Assembly: GCA_951406725.2 (NCBI GenBank)
Contig: OX597835.1
Span: 50,158,001 to 50,222,000 of the forward strand
DNA from: Octopus vulgaris
Taxonomy: Eukaryota
DNA: 64,000 nt
Direction: 5' to 3'
The notes beneath the pieces are model-generated. The model saw only the letters and a program-made list of their open reading frames with translations, had not been told where the DNA came from and ran no database searches. A program made the position numbers and the translations under genes. Every line of letters starts with the position of its first letter. Positions within the stretch are counted from its first letter, which is position 1. Shown here piece after piece: positions 51,750 to 62,971 of the stretch.

Positions 51750-52493
51750 AAAAATCAAAATAAGCAACAAAGATATCCAGAGGTAATGCAGTACAATTGT
51801 TTCATGCAACTCCATTTAATTGAACAATGCAATCATTACATCAATTTAGAATACAGACCAATCCTCATTGCACAAAGACATAGAGTTTAATTAAATTAGA
51901 ATAGATTACATTAGTATAATTTTACCTAAAATCTCCAAGAAGTTAAGGAGATTGACAAAGAACATGTTGCCTTCACTTCCACTTAGAAGCTACAAACGTA
52001 TCAGGAAGAAAGACTTGTTACAGATTTTTGCTTGTCACTGTTTTTTATGGGGTCAGTTTTAATTTATAGACTGCTTTTATCAAATCCTTTTATATCTAAG
52101 GCCAAGAGAACAAGGGGCAGTATCTGTTAGGGGTAGGGCTGAGGGAGCAGACAGAAATTATAGTGGGTATAGTCATAAAAATCAAGATTTATTAGAAGTA
52201 ATATCATGAGGTTTGGTAAAGGAAAACTTAAATCAAAATGTTAGCTCACAATTAAGGGGGTCGCCCACTAGCAGACCATTGATAATGAAATAGGGGAAGT
52301 CTTATCTTGTAGTACTATAGTTAAATATTTTATATAATGTTGCTATATTGTATACAGTTAAAATTTAGGGTTAATCAGAGGATTATTAAGAAGAATAACA
52401 ATTTTTTGAATACTTTTGAGTATTTACCAAACTTTTACCACAATAGAGGGAGGAAAAGAAATTATCCAGAAATAGGCTAATATTTATACATAT

Positions 52494-52543
<50 letters not shown>

Positions 52544-52744
52544 GTAGGTAAGGTCAAATCTAGGCAGTGTTTTCTTGAAGCACATCTGCTTATTCCAGTA
52601 TGTAGTTGTATTGATGTGAGGTACATATTAGATTGAAAATTCTGGAAATATTGTTTGCAGAGTTATATAAGGAAAGAGGAAGTTGAAAACTGTTTCGGTA
52701 TTAATTATTCGCCATTACACATAATAAGAATCACAAAGTTATAC

Positions 52745-52822
52745 CTGTTGGATAAACACGAACTTTCCTATTAGGAAATCTTGAGACACAGAATCAAGTA
52801 ATATTATTATTTTACTTTCTGC
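52745..52822 (-). other. DPM2: Candidate non-coding 5' UTR exon of DPM2
   Basis: Minus strand ttcttcag|gcag...caacag|gtata; unique sequence between repeats. Confidence 0.4.
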
Positions 52823-53673
52823 CTGAAGAATTTCTTATAGGAATTGGTATTGTGACACGCTTGTAGTCATGATTGTGTGATACTTATGATCGATCATTTA
52901 AAAACATTATTTACGATGGTCTTCCTAAACAATACGTTCCTGTCTTTGTTTATTTCATAGATTTGTTCATCACTAATATAAAATTACTCTGATTTTTCAA
53001 GTCTGACTCCGACCCAGCTTTGACTCCACCCGACTTCTAAAACGTGATTCGTTTGAAATTAAAATAATTACGTGTCTTCATTTGCTTAAAATTATTATTT
53101 TTCGAAAATCCAAGTCCAAATTCCGCCGAGATTGACTTTATCATTCTTTCTTTCAGGGTCGATAAAATAAGTACCAACTGAGAACAGGGATCGATGTAAC
53201 AGACTTGCCCTTCCCCTCCAAATTCTTGGCTTTGTCCCCAAAATCGAAACAATTATTATTATTATTATTAATAATTTCATTAGTTAAAATGAATTCTAAT
53301 GTTTTGTAACCTCGCAACAATAAGTCGCTTGGAATGCTAGAAATCACAACTAATTCACCAGATTACATTTCGTAGGCAATAAAGATATAGATTTAAAGAT
53401 TTTTTTTCACAATTTTGTAAACATTACATATACACCCACACAAAATACACAGAATTTATAAAAATGGTAAAACTTTGTCCAAATTAAAATTCTTCCGAAT
53501 TGTAACATAGGCTCTAAGTTAACAGCTGTGAAAGTATCTGAGATTATAATTTGGTAAGACACGGGTCCTCACAAGTCAATCAGGACGAGATACAAACATA
53601 CAAATAGGCGTACAAACGAACTCAATACGTAGTATATGAATATGTATGTATACAAAAATATAAATATATGCGC

Positions 53674-53725
<52 letters not shown>

Positions 53726-54028
53726 AACCTTTACATAAATAAATAACGTGATATATATATAAATTGATTATATATATATATAAATTGATTATATATATAT
53801 ATATCACACTGAAGCCCGAACTTTGGTAAATCAGGATAATTAATTCGTTATCAGACAAGAAAATAGTGGAGGTCGAAAAGATCGAAATAAATTGAAACTT
53901 CCCGGAGTTAAGACAAGAACAGACATTCATCAATTTTGCAAACACTCCACAAAAGAAAATGTCTTGTTTCTTCGTGGTAGAACGATTTGAAACAAAGAAG
54001 ACGATAAAGAAAATATACATACATAAAC

Positions 54029-54062
<34 letters not shown>

Positions 54063-54101
54063 TGTATGTATATATGCGTATATTTATGTGTGTGTGTTTA
54101 C

Positions 54102-54205
54102 CTCGAATGAATGTCGAAAGTGAAATGTAAACATTTGCGGGAAACACGAAGCCGTCCGCCAGGCGGCGCTGGTTTATAACAGCTGACGGAAATGGAGGGA
54201 AAGGA
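54102..54205 (-). other. DPM2: Candidate first (non-coding) exon / TSS region of DPM2
   Basis: CpG-rich unique sequence, pyrimidine-rich initiator-like cctttccctccatttcc, donor cgag|gtaaac. Confidence 0.5.
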
Positions 54206-54215
54206 TTTGGGGTGG

Positions 54216-54479
54216 GCGGGTCCCTGGCCGTCGTCGTTGCGGGTCCGCTGGATCCCTGGCTGTCGTCGTTGCGGGTTCGTTGGATCCCTGGCTGCCGTCG
54301 TTGCGGGTCCGTTGGATCCCTGGCTGCCGTCGTTGCGGGTCCGCTGGATCCCTGGCTGCCGTCGTTGCGGGTCCGTTCGATCCCTGGCCGTCGTCGTTGC
54401 GGGTCCGTTCGATCCCTGGCCGTCGTCGTTGCGGGTCCGTTCGATCCCTGGCTGCCGTCGTTGCGGGTCCGTTCGATCC
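54216..54479. repeat. GC-rich VNTR, 8 x 32 bp (TCCCTGGCTGCCGTCGTTGCGGGTCCGTTGGA)
   Basis: Units start at 54221, 54253, 54285 ... 54445; ~69% GC per unit; no spacers. Confidence 0.95.
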
Positions 54480-55068
54480 ATGCTGACAGTCTTCCAACGT
54501 TCACCGAGAAATACAACTAACTATTGATTTGGTTGATATTAAATTTCTTGGATCTTTTCCTTTTGATAGCCAAATTATTTACTTTGTTCGAAAAATATTA
54601 TTCAATTTTCTTTGATATGGATTCAGCCTTGAAATACAAACATACGCACAAGTCGTTGTAGGATCGGCTACACCGGGACCAGTGTTCGCTAGTAGTACCG
54701 ATATTAATGGACTTCTCCCATAACTGGTGTCTTGTGTTTGTTTTTCGACAGTCTTTGTCAACTAATTTCCCACATAACAATTCACAGGTATTTTACCCAG
54801 AAATACAACTAGGATCACGTTATATTTCTCCCAACCACTTAAAGTTTTTCCAATTATTTTTTATTTAAAAATGTATCACTGACGTAGTTTTGTATTCTGT
54901 TGAAATTACTAATAAAGAACTTATATAATTGTGTCATCACAGAGACATTGAATGTATTAACAACAAACAGGTAGGCAACGTGATCGAGGCCAGAGTTTGC
55001 AATACTGAATATTATGTGAATGTTTAGGCTTACACTGATGTTGGTTATTTATTTGCAGACGCACATTA

Positions 55069-55416
55069 GGGATCTTTTCGGTTTGAACGGCAGTTTTTTC
55101 TAGCGGTGTCATATGAAATTGTCACCCATAATTATGACCCTAGTATCGATCTGTTGCATTTCAATCTGTTTTAGGGTTAGGGGTGGGGGGAAAGGTATCT
55201 TTTTTTTTCTTCAGAAATGTAAATAAACCCAATCTGTTTCTTACACGAGGGACATATTCATACGGCACAGAATATTTTTTTTTACCTCAATGGACGTCAT
55301 TGATTGGTTGAAACTGCAGAAATTGAAGAAAAACAACAACAAATATCTTACAAACGATCCTTTTTTAGTTACCTAGAAATTATGTTAAAAACTGCCGTTC
55401 AAACCGAAAAGATCCC
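55069..55416. mobile_element. MITE with perfect 30-bp TIRs
   Basis: gggatcttttcggtttgaacggcagttttt / aaaaactgccgttcaaaccgaaaagatccc; flanks acatta / acattt; internal TTAGGG-like motif. Confidence 0.85.
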
Positions 55417-55576
55417 ACATTTGTATTATTTGATACCACAATCTCTGTGAGTTGGCAGAGTAGCTTTGTTAATTTATGCATAGAAATAATCAGGAACGAA
55501 AGTGTGTCGGTGTATTGTTTGTTTCGTTTTAATCAGCCACACTGATCAATCATTTAAATCTCCAGAACTCCTTTCT

Positions 55577-55800
55577 CTAACCGGAAATCCCTTCTCTGCG
55601 GACTGAATCGCTAGCTAGCGTGCAGTGAAGGTCCCTGTTTGCAGTTGGTCTGTTATGAGTCCATGTGCAGACCCTACATATAGCTCGTCTCGTCATCAGA
55701 ACTGCTGACTTTTTCTGGCGAGTATGTAGTCAATTTGGCTAGTGTGTCTGCCAGAACGGTAGGTGACTAGGTGAATGGCAGGTTTCCTGAAGTTAGTTTT
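55577..55800 (+). ncRNA. Candidate structured non-coding RNA of unknown family
   Basis: Many nested helices with G-U pairs favouring the + strand; ends in TTTT; see findings. Confidence 0.45.
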
Positions 55801-56488
55801 GCAAACCTATTTCTTTACTACCCACAAGGGGCTAAACACAGAGGGGACAAACAAGGACAGACAAACTGATTAAGTCGATTATACTGACTCCAGTGCGTAA
55901 CAGGTACTTATTTAATCGACCCCGAAAGGATGAAAGGCAAAGTCGACCTCTGGGGAATTTGAACTCAGAACGTAACAGCAGACAAAATACTGCTAAGCAT
56001 TTCGCCTAGTGTGCTAACGTTTCTGCCAAAACCATAAAATCATTTGCATCACAGAACTCCAGCAGCCTGGTTCCCTTCTCGTTGCGGGAATCAAAACTGT
56101 AGCCTCCATGTATGCCATGGAAGCCCCCTGTATGTTGTCCAATATGTCCATTGAAGTCACCAGCCACAAAGAGAAGGTCTGCAAGAGTGTGTCATAGAAT
56201 TGGTCTTTCTGTCCATCGGGTAGCCCTGGCTGAGGGGCATAGGCCGAGATAATGGTTGCTAACCCATGATGAAGCACAAATCTAAACTTAAGATTTCTGT
56301 TGCAGACTCTGACTACCTTGATTACCTTATCAACCCATTTCTCTGCAAGAAGTATACCCATGGCCCAACCCTGTCAGTGTTCCCTGCCCAGAAAATCTCG
56401 TACCTATGTTCTTTGCCTGTGAGGAACCTTCTCTCCACCTTACTTCTTGGATGCAGCACATGTCAACACGTCTCTGTATGTATGTATA

Positions 56489-56549
<61 letters not shown>

Positions 56550-57508
56550 GAGAATTCACAAAAAAACAAAAGACGAAGACAGATAGTGTAGAAAACAAAC
56601 AGATGTATTAGTATAACGCCCGGAATTGAAAAAGTCTTTAACATTTCGAGCCTACGCTCTTCCACAGAAATGAACAAAGAAAGAAACAAGGAGAGAAAAA
56701 AATGTGTGTAGTGGCTATCGATATATGTATGTATGTATGGATATATATATATATTTATATATATATATACACACACACACATATATATATATAATAACAA
56801 TTTAATAAATAAAACATATGCATACATACATATATGTACATACCTACATCTATATGTATATATATATATATATATGAGTACAGGACACCACAAATAAACG
56901 GAGAACACAACGAGAAACGAAAACATAAAACAAAACAAGGAAATGGACTTTTTTTAACAATGTAAAAACAGAGTACAAGACAAACAACAGAGGGAACATT
57001 CCTCTTCTTCAGCTGCCCCTGTTTCGAAGGTAAGGGCAGAACACGACTTCGTTGAAACAGTCCTTCCCGCAAAGTGAATTAAATAAAAAATTTTTGCGGA
57101 GGGGTAAAAAAAGGTGACAAGAACAGGACATAAAAGCAATACAAATAAAGAAAAAAAACAGTACAAATAAAGATAAAAACAGTAAAAGACAGGACAAGGA
57201 AACCAACAATAAACCTAGACGGTGGAAAAATTCATTTGAACGCATTCTGAAGACCGGCTTGTGAAGACAGAAAAAGCGGATGTTAACTTGTTGAAGGCAG
57301 TAGGCAGAAAGAAAGTTAGTAGACCTCAGGTCAGCAACGAGAGAGAGAGGAGAAGAAACCAGAAAGGGTAAAAAATAAGAAGGAGAGAGACAAGTAGAGA
57401 GGAAGATAGACAGGCAGGGAGGAAAGGTCAAGTAAAGAGTTAAGAGTGCGCATCATAGTTATTGAAATAAAACTTACTTGGAAGAAGAAGACATAAAGAA
57501 TATATATA

Positions 57509-57619
<111 letters not shown>

Positions 57620-59679
57620 TCAGAGCAATGTTTCTATATTACATATTCATTGATTTTAGTTGTGACACTCACATATATACATACATGCATACATATGTAT
57701 GTATGCACACACACAAACACGTATGCACACATAAACTAAAAGTATGAATAAATCAACTGTTATTTGTAAAGTGATATTAAACATTATAAACACCAATTTC
57801 ATGTATAAAAGAGAAGCAGGGTCCCTTGAGGGGACCCCAATCATACAGTTATCAGTTGCCGAGCAACTGCATTACAAAATACTGGCTGATCTCCTTCTCA
57901 GTGTAATTTTAGTATTTTTCAGCAATGATGAATATTCTTTTGAAGCATAATGTAGTCACAGGAGTGGCTGTGTGGTAAGAAGCTTGCTCCCCAACTGCAT
58001 GGTTCTGGGCTCAGTCGCACTACATGGCAACTTGGGCAAGTGCCTTCTACAGTAGCCTCAGGCTAACCAAAGCCTTGTGTGTGGATTTGGTAGGTGGAAA
58101 CTGAGAGAAACCTGTCGTGTGTGTGTGTGCATGCTTGCATATGTGTGTGTGTGTATCTGCATGTATGTATCTTTTCTCTGTATTTGCTCCCCATCACTAC
58201 ATGACAACCAGTGTTGGTGAGTTTACATCCCCATAACTTAATACTTTACCAAAAGGGACTGACAGAATAAGTTCCAGGCTCAGAAAAAATAAGTGTTGGG
58301 GTTGATTCATTTCACTAAAAATTCCTTGCGGTGGTGCCCCAGCATGGCCACAGTCTAATGACCAAAAAAAGTAAAAGATAAAATGATATTGATTTCAAAT
58401 TCTGGCACAAGACCAGCAAACAGGAGAGAAAAATAAATAAATATTGGACCCTGACCGGTCACTATCATTTTGTGCAGGTCACAGTCAGGAGCTCAATTTC
58501 CTCTGCAAGAACAGGATAACAGAGGCCTGTCTGAGAAATGGACCCTGCAAGGTGGGGTGGCTGCTACAGTAAGCATCACTGGCCATTCCCCATGGCAATG
58601 CCATCGCTGTCATGTCCCCAGGGTGTGGCTGAACTCACCGTTTGTTGTGGGGGGTACTCCTTCACTCCATCTTCTTTGTTCCCCACCTCTTTTATACATG
58701 TAATGATGATGATGATACACACACACACACACACGCACACACACACACACACACATATATATTTACATATACAAACATACATGTATATATTTGTGTGTGT
58801 GTCTGTTGAATGAAGATTTCAATAAATCAAGAAAATGCATGTATGGCAGTGGATTGATCAGTGACATGACATCATCAGTTGTTGCAGGCCTTTCAATAAC
58901 AGATACCCTTGTTTGGGTGACCCAGCTTCAGCAACTGCACCAGGATTAGCCTATTTAATCTAAAACCACCTGGTGGCTTTCTCTGGCTCTGTCTTTTGAA
59001 CAGCCCACTTTTTTATCACTCTTGCAAAGCCCAATCATTGAATGAGTGTCCTGTAAAACCTCAACTGCCCTCTGTACTGTGGCATAATATTGCATGCACA
59101 TGTATGTATGTATCCATATGTGTGTGTATATACATATATATAGTTTACCATTCTGTTAAGGTAAAATCAACAAAAGGTACTCCATCCAGTGAGAAATAAA
59201 TGTCATTTATTGTACACAACATAAACGTACTAACAGCTTCTTGCTTTGGGGGCTCAGGTTTAAGCAGGTTTTTACAGTATGCCTTAAGTCTCCAAGCAAT
59301 CTTCAGTTATATAGGTATACATACATGTATACATACATAGATACATACATACACACACACATATATATATACATATACGCATGTATACATAATACATACA
59401 CGCACACACATATGTACACCCACACCCACACACACAGATCTTTTAAATTTGTTTACAGGAAACGTTTTGATTATGCAAATAAAGTTCCTATTTCATGATG
59501 CCAGCCACAGTCTAATGATGGTGACTGGCAAACCAGTTTTTGGGAATGCACCAAGTTCTACCAATATAATGTAGGATAAATATAGTAATCATAACAATAA
59601 TCTTTGCATGGAATTTATAAACATTTTAATTCCATCCAAAGATTATTGTTATTATTACTATGTATATATGTATGTGTGC

Positions 59680-59710
<31 letters not shown>

Positions 59711-60523
59711 TGTATATATATGTGTATGTATGTGTGTGTGTATATACATATATATATATATATATACACACACATATATGTCATCATCATTTAACATCCG
59801 CTTTCCATGCTAGCATGGGTTAGACGATTTGACTGAGGTCTGGCGAACCAGACTCCAATCTGATCTGGCAGAGTTTCTACAGTTTGATGCCCTTCCTAAT
59901 GCCAACCACTCTGAGAGTGTAGTGGGTACTTTTACATGCCACCGGCACGGGGGCCAGTTTGGTGGTACTGGTAACGGCCACGCTCAAATGATGCTTTTTA
60001 TGTGCCACCTGCACACATATGTATGTATACACATATGTATGTATCATCATCGTTTAACATCCGTTTTTCGCGCTAGCACGGGTTGGACGGTTCGACCGGG
60101 GTCTGGAAAGCCAGGGGCTGCTCCAGGCTCCAGTCTGATCTGGCAGAGTTTCTATGGCTAGTTGCACTTCCTAACGCCAACCACTCCGCGAGTGTAGTGG
60201 GTGCTTTTTATGTGCCACCTGCACAGGTGCAAGGGGGGGGTCCAGCATCGGTCACGATCGGTTGGAGCTTTTAACGTGCCAGCGGCACGGAAGCCACCCA
60301 AGGCGGCGCTGGCAACGTTCGGATGGTCTTTTTATGTGCCACCGGCACAGGAGCCAGTCGGGGCGGCGCTGGCATCGGCCACGTTCGGATGGTGCTTTTT
60401 ATGTGCCACCGGCACAGAAGCCAGTCGGGGCGGCGGTGGCATTGGCCACGTTCGGATAGTGCTTTTTATGTGCTTTTTGAATGGGCAGGGGCTATGCAGA
60501 ACTGATGCAGGAAGCAGCCTGGG

Positions 60524-60589
<66 letters not shown>

Positions 60590-60861
60590 AAATTAAAGAA
60601 GGAAAATGCACACACTTTACATAGTTTTAATGTAATTTTAAATATCTTGTATTGTGTTTGTCAACCGGTTTTGCTTTTGCTAATCATGACATTAAAATTT
60701 ATTTAAATACGTATTTCCTTAAGAAGAATCTTTTTGTCCATGTTGTATGTAAAGTTTATGAATGAATGATGCCACAAGTAGAGAAGTCTAAGGGGAGGTA
60801 ATTGGTTAGCGTTATTATTCTGGGCAGGGGAGATAATTGTTCAGCTTTTGGTAGTGGGCAG

Positions 60862-60893
<32 letters not shown>

Positions 60894-60972
60894 ACGGGAA
60901 GCTTTATGAAAATAAACAAAAAACGAAGGCAGGTGGAATATAAACAAACAATTGTATTAGTATGGCGCTCAG

Positions 60973-61008
<36 letters not shown>

Positions 61009-61212
61009 GCAGCGTGGAAGGTGTTTGTAAGCTATTTAAGAAACACACAAAAGCCGTTCGATTCACTTCAACATTTAAGTTTAATTTGTCAAAATATTTT
61101 CGGCGCTTTAAGACTGCGACCTGTTCACACCTTCCACGCTGCAATTGTTTTCGTTTCAGTACACGATCTCAGATCAAATCACCTGCTATGCAGGTACATC
61201 TCCGTAATATAG

Positions 61213-61307
<95 letters not shown>

Positions 61308-61566
61308 AAAATTCAAAAACTTGAGTAGTAGGGAGAAATATGCACAGTGATGGGTATGTAATCGCGAATTAAAATATGTAAAGAGATCAAAGTTGGTTAT
61401 GTGTGCATATTTAGATGTGTTCTGTATTTTATGATGAAATTTTTTTTATTTAAACGTTCTTCTAAAGAAACTGTATCTTTGCACTGGTAGAAGGGGAAAA
61501 CTGAAATTTGGTTTGATGTTCCCTGCACATTTCTTTATGTGTTCACTTAAAGGAATTTGTCTGTAT

Positions 61567-61771
61567 TGTGGGAACTGGATCTGCTTTTTATGTAGAGTGC
61601 TCATGGTATCAAGTGGCTTCTAGCAGCAGAAGCCTGAACTACAAACTGCTTGTCCCACAGAGAACGTTTCCATGCATAGTTTAAATACCAGTCAGTCCTG
61701 CTTCAAGCGATGTACTAACTAGAAAATATGTTGTCTCACTAGAGTGAATGTTGCCATGAGAACCAACAACT
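61567..61771 (+). ncRNA. Candidate long H/ACA-box RNA
   Basis: Hairpin - AGAGAA (H box) - hairpin - ACA + 3 nt layout. Confidence 0.3.
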
Positions 61772-62250
61772 GAATCCAATCGTGTTTATTCAATAACCTT
61801 TGTTCTTTTTTTAATTTGGCATCTTTTTTTTATGTAAATCAATGATAAAACCTGCAAGAAGTGTTCTGTAATTCAAGTAATGGCCTATGCTCCTATATAT
61901 TATAGAGGTAGAGACATGGCTGAGTGGTTAAGAAACTCACCTTGCAACCATGTAGATTCAGGTCCAGTCCTAGTGTGCAGCACCTTGGGCAAGTGTCTTC
62001 AACCCCAAAGTCGACCAATGCCTTGTGTGTGAATTTGGTAGATAGAAACTGTGAGGAATCCCATTGTATGTGTGGAACCATTGATTCCATCACACATTTT
62101 TCTCTTTGTTTTTTTTCCTTTCATCTCTTTCTGTCAAAGAGTGTAGACTCAAAACATCAAAATCTTTTCCATTTTTCTCAAGCATCAAACTAATAGATCT
62201 GCTGTTGTTCCCTCACCTATCTTTGTCTTCTTTTGTTTTCTATACATTTG

Positions 62251-62317
62251 AACCAGCTAGCTCAGTCAGTAGAGACTCTTAATCTTGGGGTCATAGGTTC
62301 GAGCCCCAAGTTGGGCG
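62251..62317 (+). pseudogene. tRNA-Lys(CTT) pseudogene
   Basis: Matches eukaryotic tRNA-Lys GCCCGGCTAGCTCAGTCGGTAGAGCATGAGACTCTTAATC...GTTCGAGCCCCACGTTGGGCG with a 6-nt deletion and broken stems; oligo-T downstream. Confidence 0.85.
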
Positions 62318-62723
62318 AAGCTATTTTTTTAGGTGCAGGAGTGGCTGTGTGGTTAGTAGCTTGCTTACTAACCATATGGCTCTGGGTTCAATCCCACTGC
62401 ATGGCACCTTGGGTAAATGTCTCCTACTATAGCTTCAGGCTGATGAAAGCTTTGTGAATGGATTTGGTAGATAGAAACTGAAAAAAGCCTGTTGTATTTA
62501 TATCTATCTATACATATGTGTGTTGCTGTGTGTCTGCATTTCTCCTCCCACCATCGCTTGACAACCGATGTTCATGTGTTTTTGTTCCCATAAATTAGCA
62601 GTTTGGCAAAAGAGAATGATAGAATAAGTACTAGGCTTACAAAGAATAAGTCCTGGGATCAGTTTGATCAACTAAAGGTGGTGCTCCAGCATGGCCACAG
62701 TCAAATGGCTGTAATAAATAAGA

Positions 62724-62772
<49 letters not shown>

Positions 62773-62913
62773 ATTTAGGGTATCTAAGAAATACTTCCAC
62801 GCTGGAAATAGCAGCCAAAACTTGACTCTAAAACCACATTAAATGTTCATACAGCACCAGGAGAGAAAACAAAAGGACAAGATGAACTAGCAAAAAAAAA
62901 AAATTACTGGATA

Positions 62914-62971
62914 ATTCCAGATCCCGGATTTCTGGCTTTGCATAAGAAATGCTTTGCCTCATCAGTGGAAT
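62914..62971 (-). ncRNA. Near-canonical type I hammerhead ribozyme in a TA-flanked element
   Basis: Minus strand: attcca-CTGATGA-ggc(aaagcatttcttatgcaaa)gcc-a-GAAA-tc(cgg)ga-TC-tggaat; one extra A before GAAA. Confidence 0.7.

Noticed and set aside
52561-52592. miR-34-like seed AGGCAGTGT in a hairpin
   Set aside because: The hairpin is too short for a pre-miRNA and the rest of the sequence does not match
53851-53932. C/D snoRNA on the minus strand (TGATGA...CTGA, ~82 nt) in the putative DPM2 first intron
   Set aside because: No terminal stem and no recognisable rRNA/snRNA antisense element; such box pairs occur by chance
54216-54479. CRISPR array or repeat-protein gene
   Set aside because: Units are head-to-tail with no unique spacers, no cas genes, eukaryotic context; ORFs in several frames are a by-product of a stop-free GC-rich repeat
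55171-55183. Interstitial telomere (TTAGGG)
   Set aside because: Only two units, internal to a MITE
55577-55800. Telomerase RNA, RNase P/MRP, U7 or U11 identity for the structured RNA
   Set aside because: No full CUAACCCU template or pseudoknot partner; CR-V absent; U7 and U11 5' recognition sequences absent
58478-58568. Possible + strand coding exon with ag/gt ends
   Set aside because: No recognisable protein similarity or partner exons; partly resembles repeat sequence near 24520
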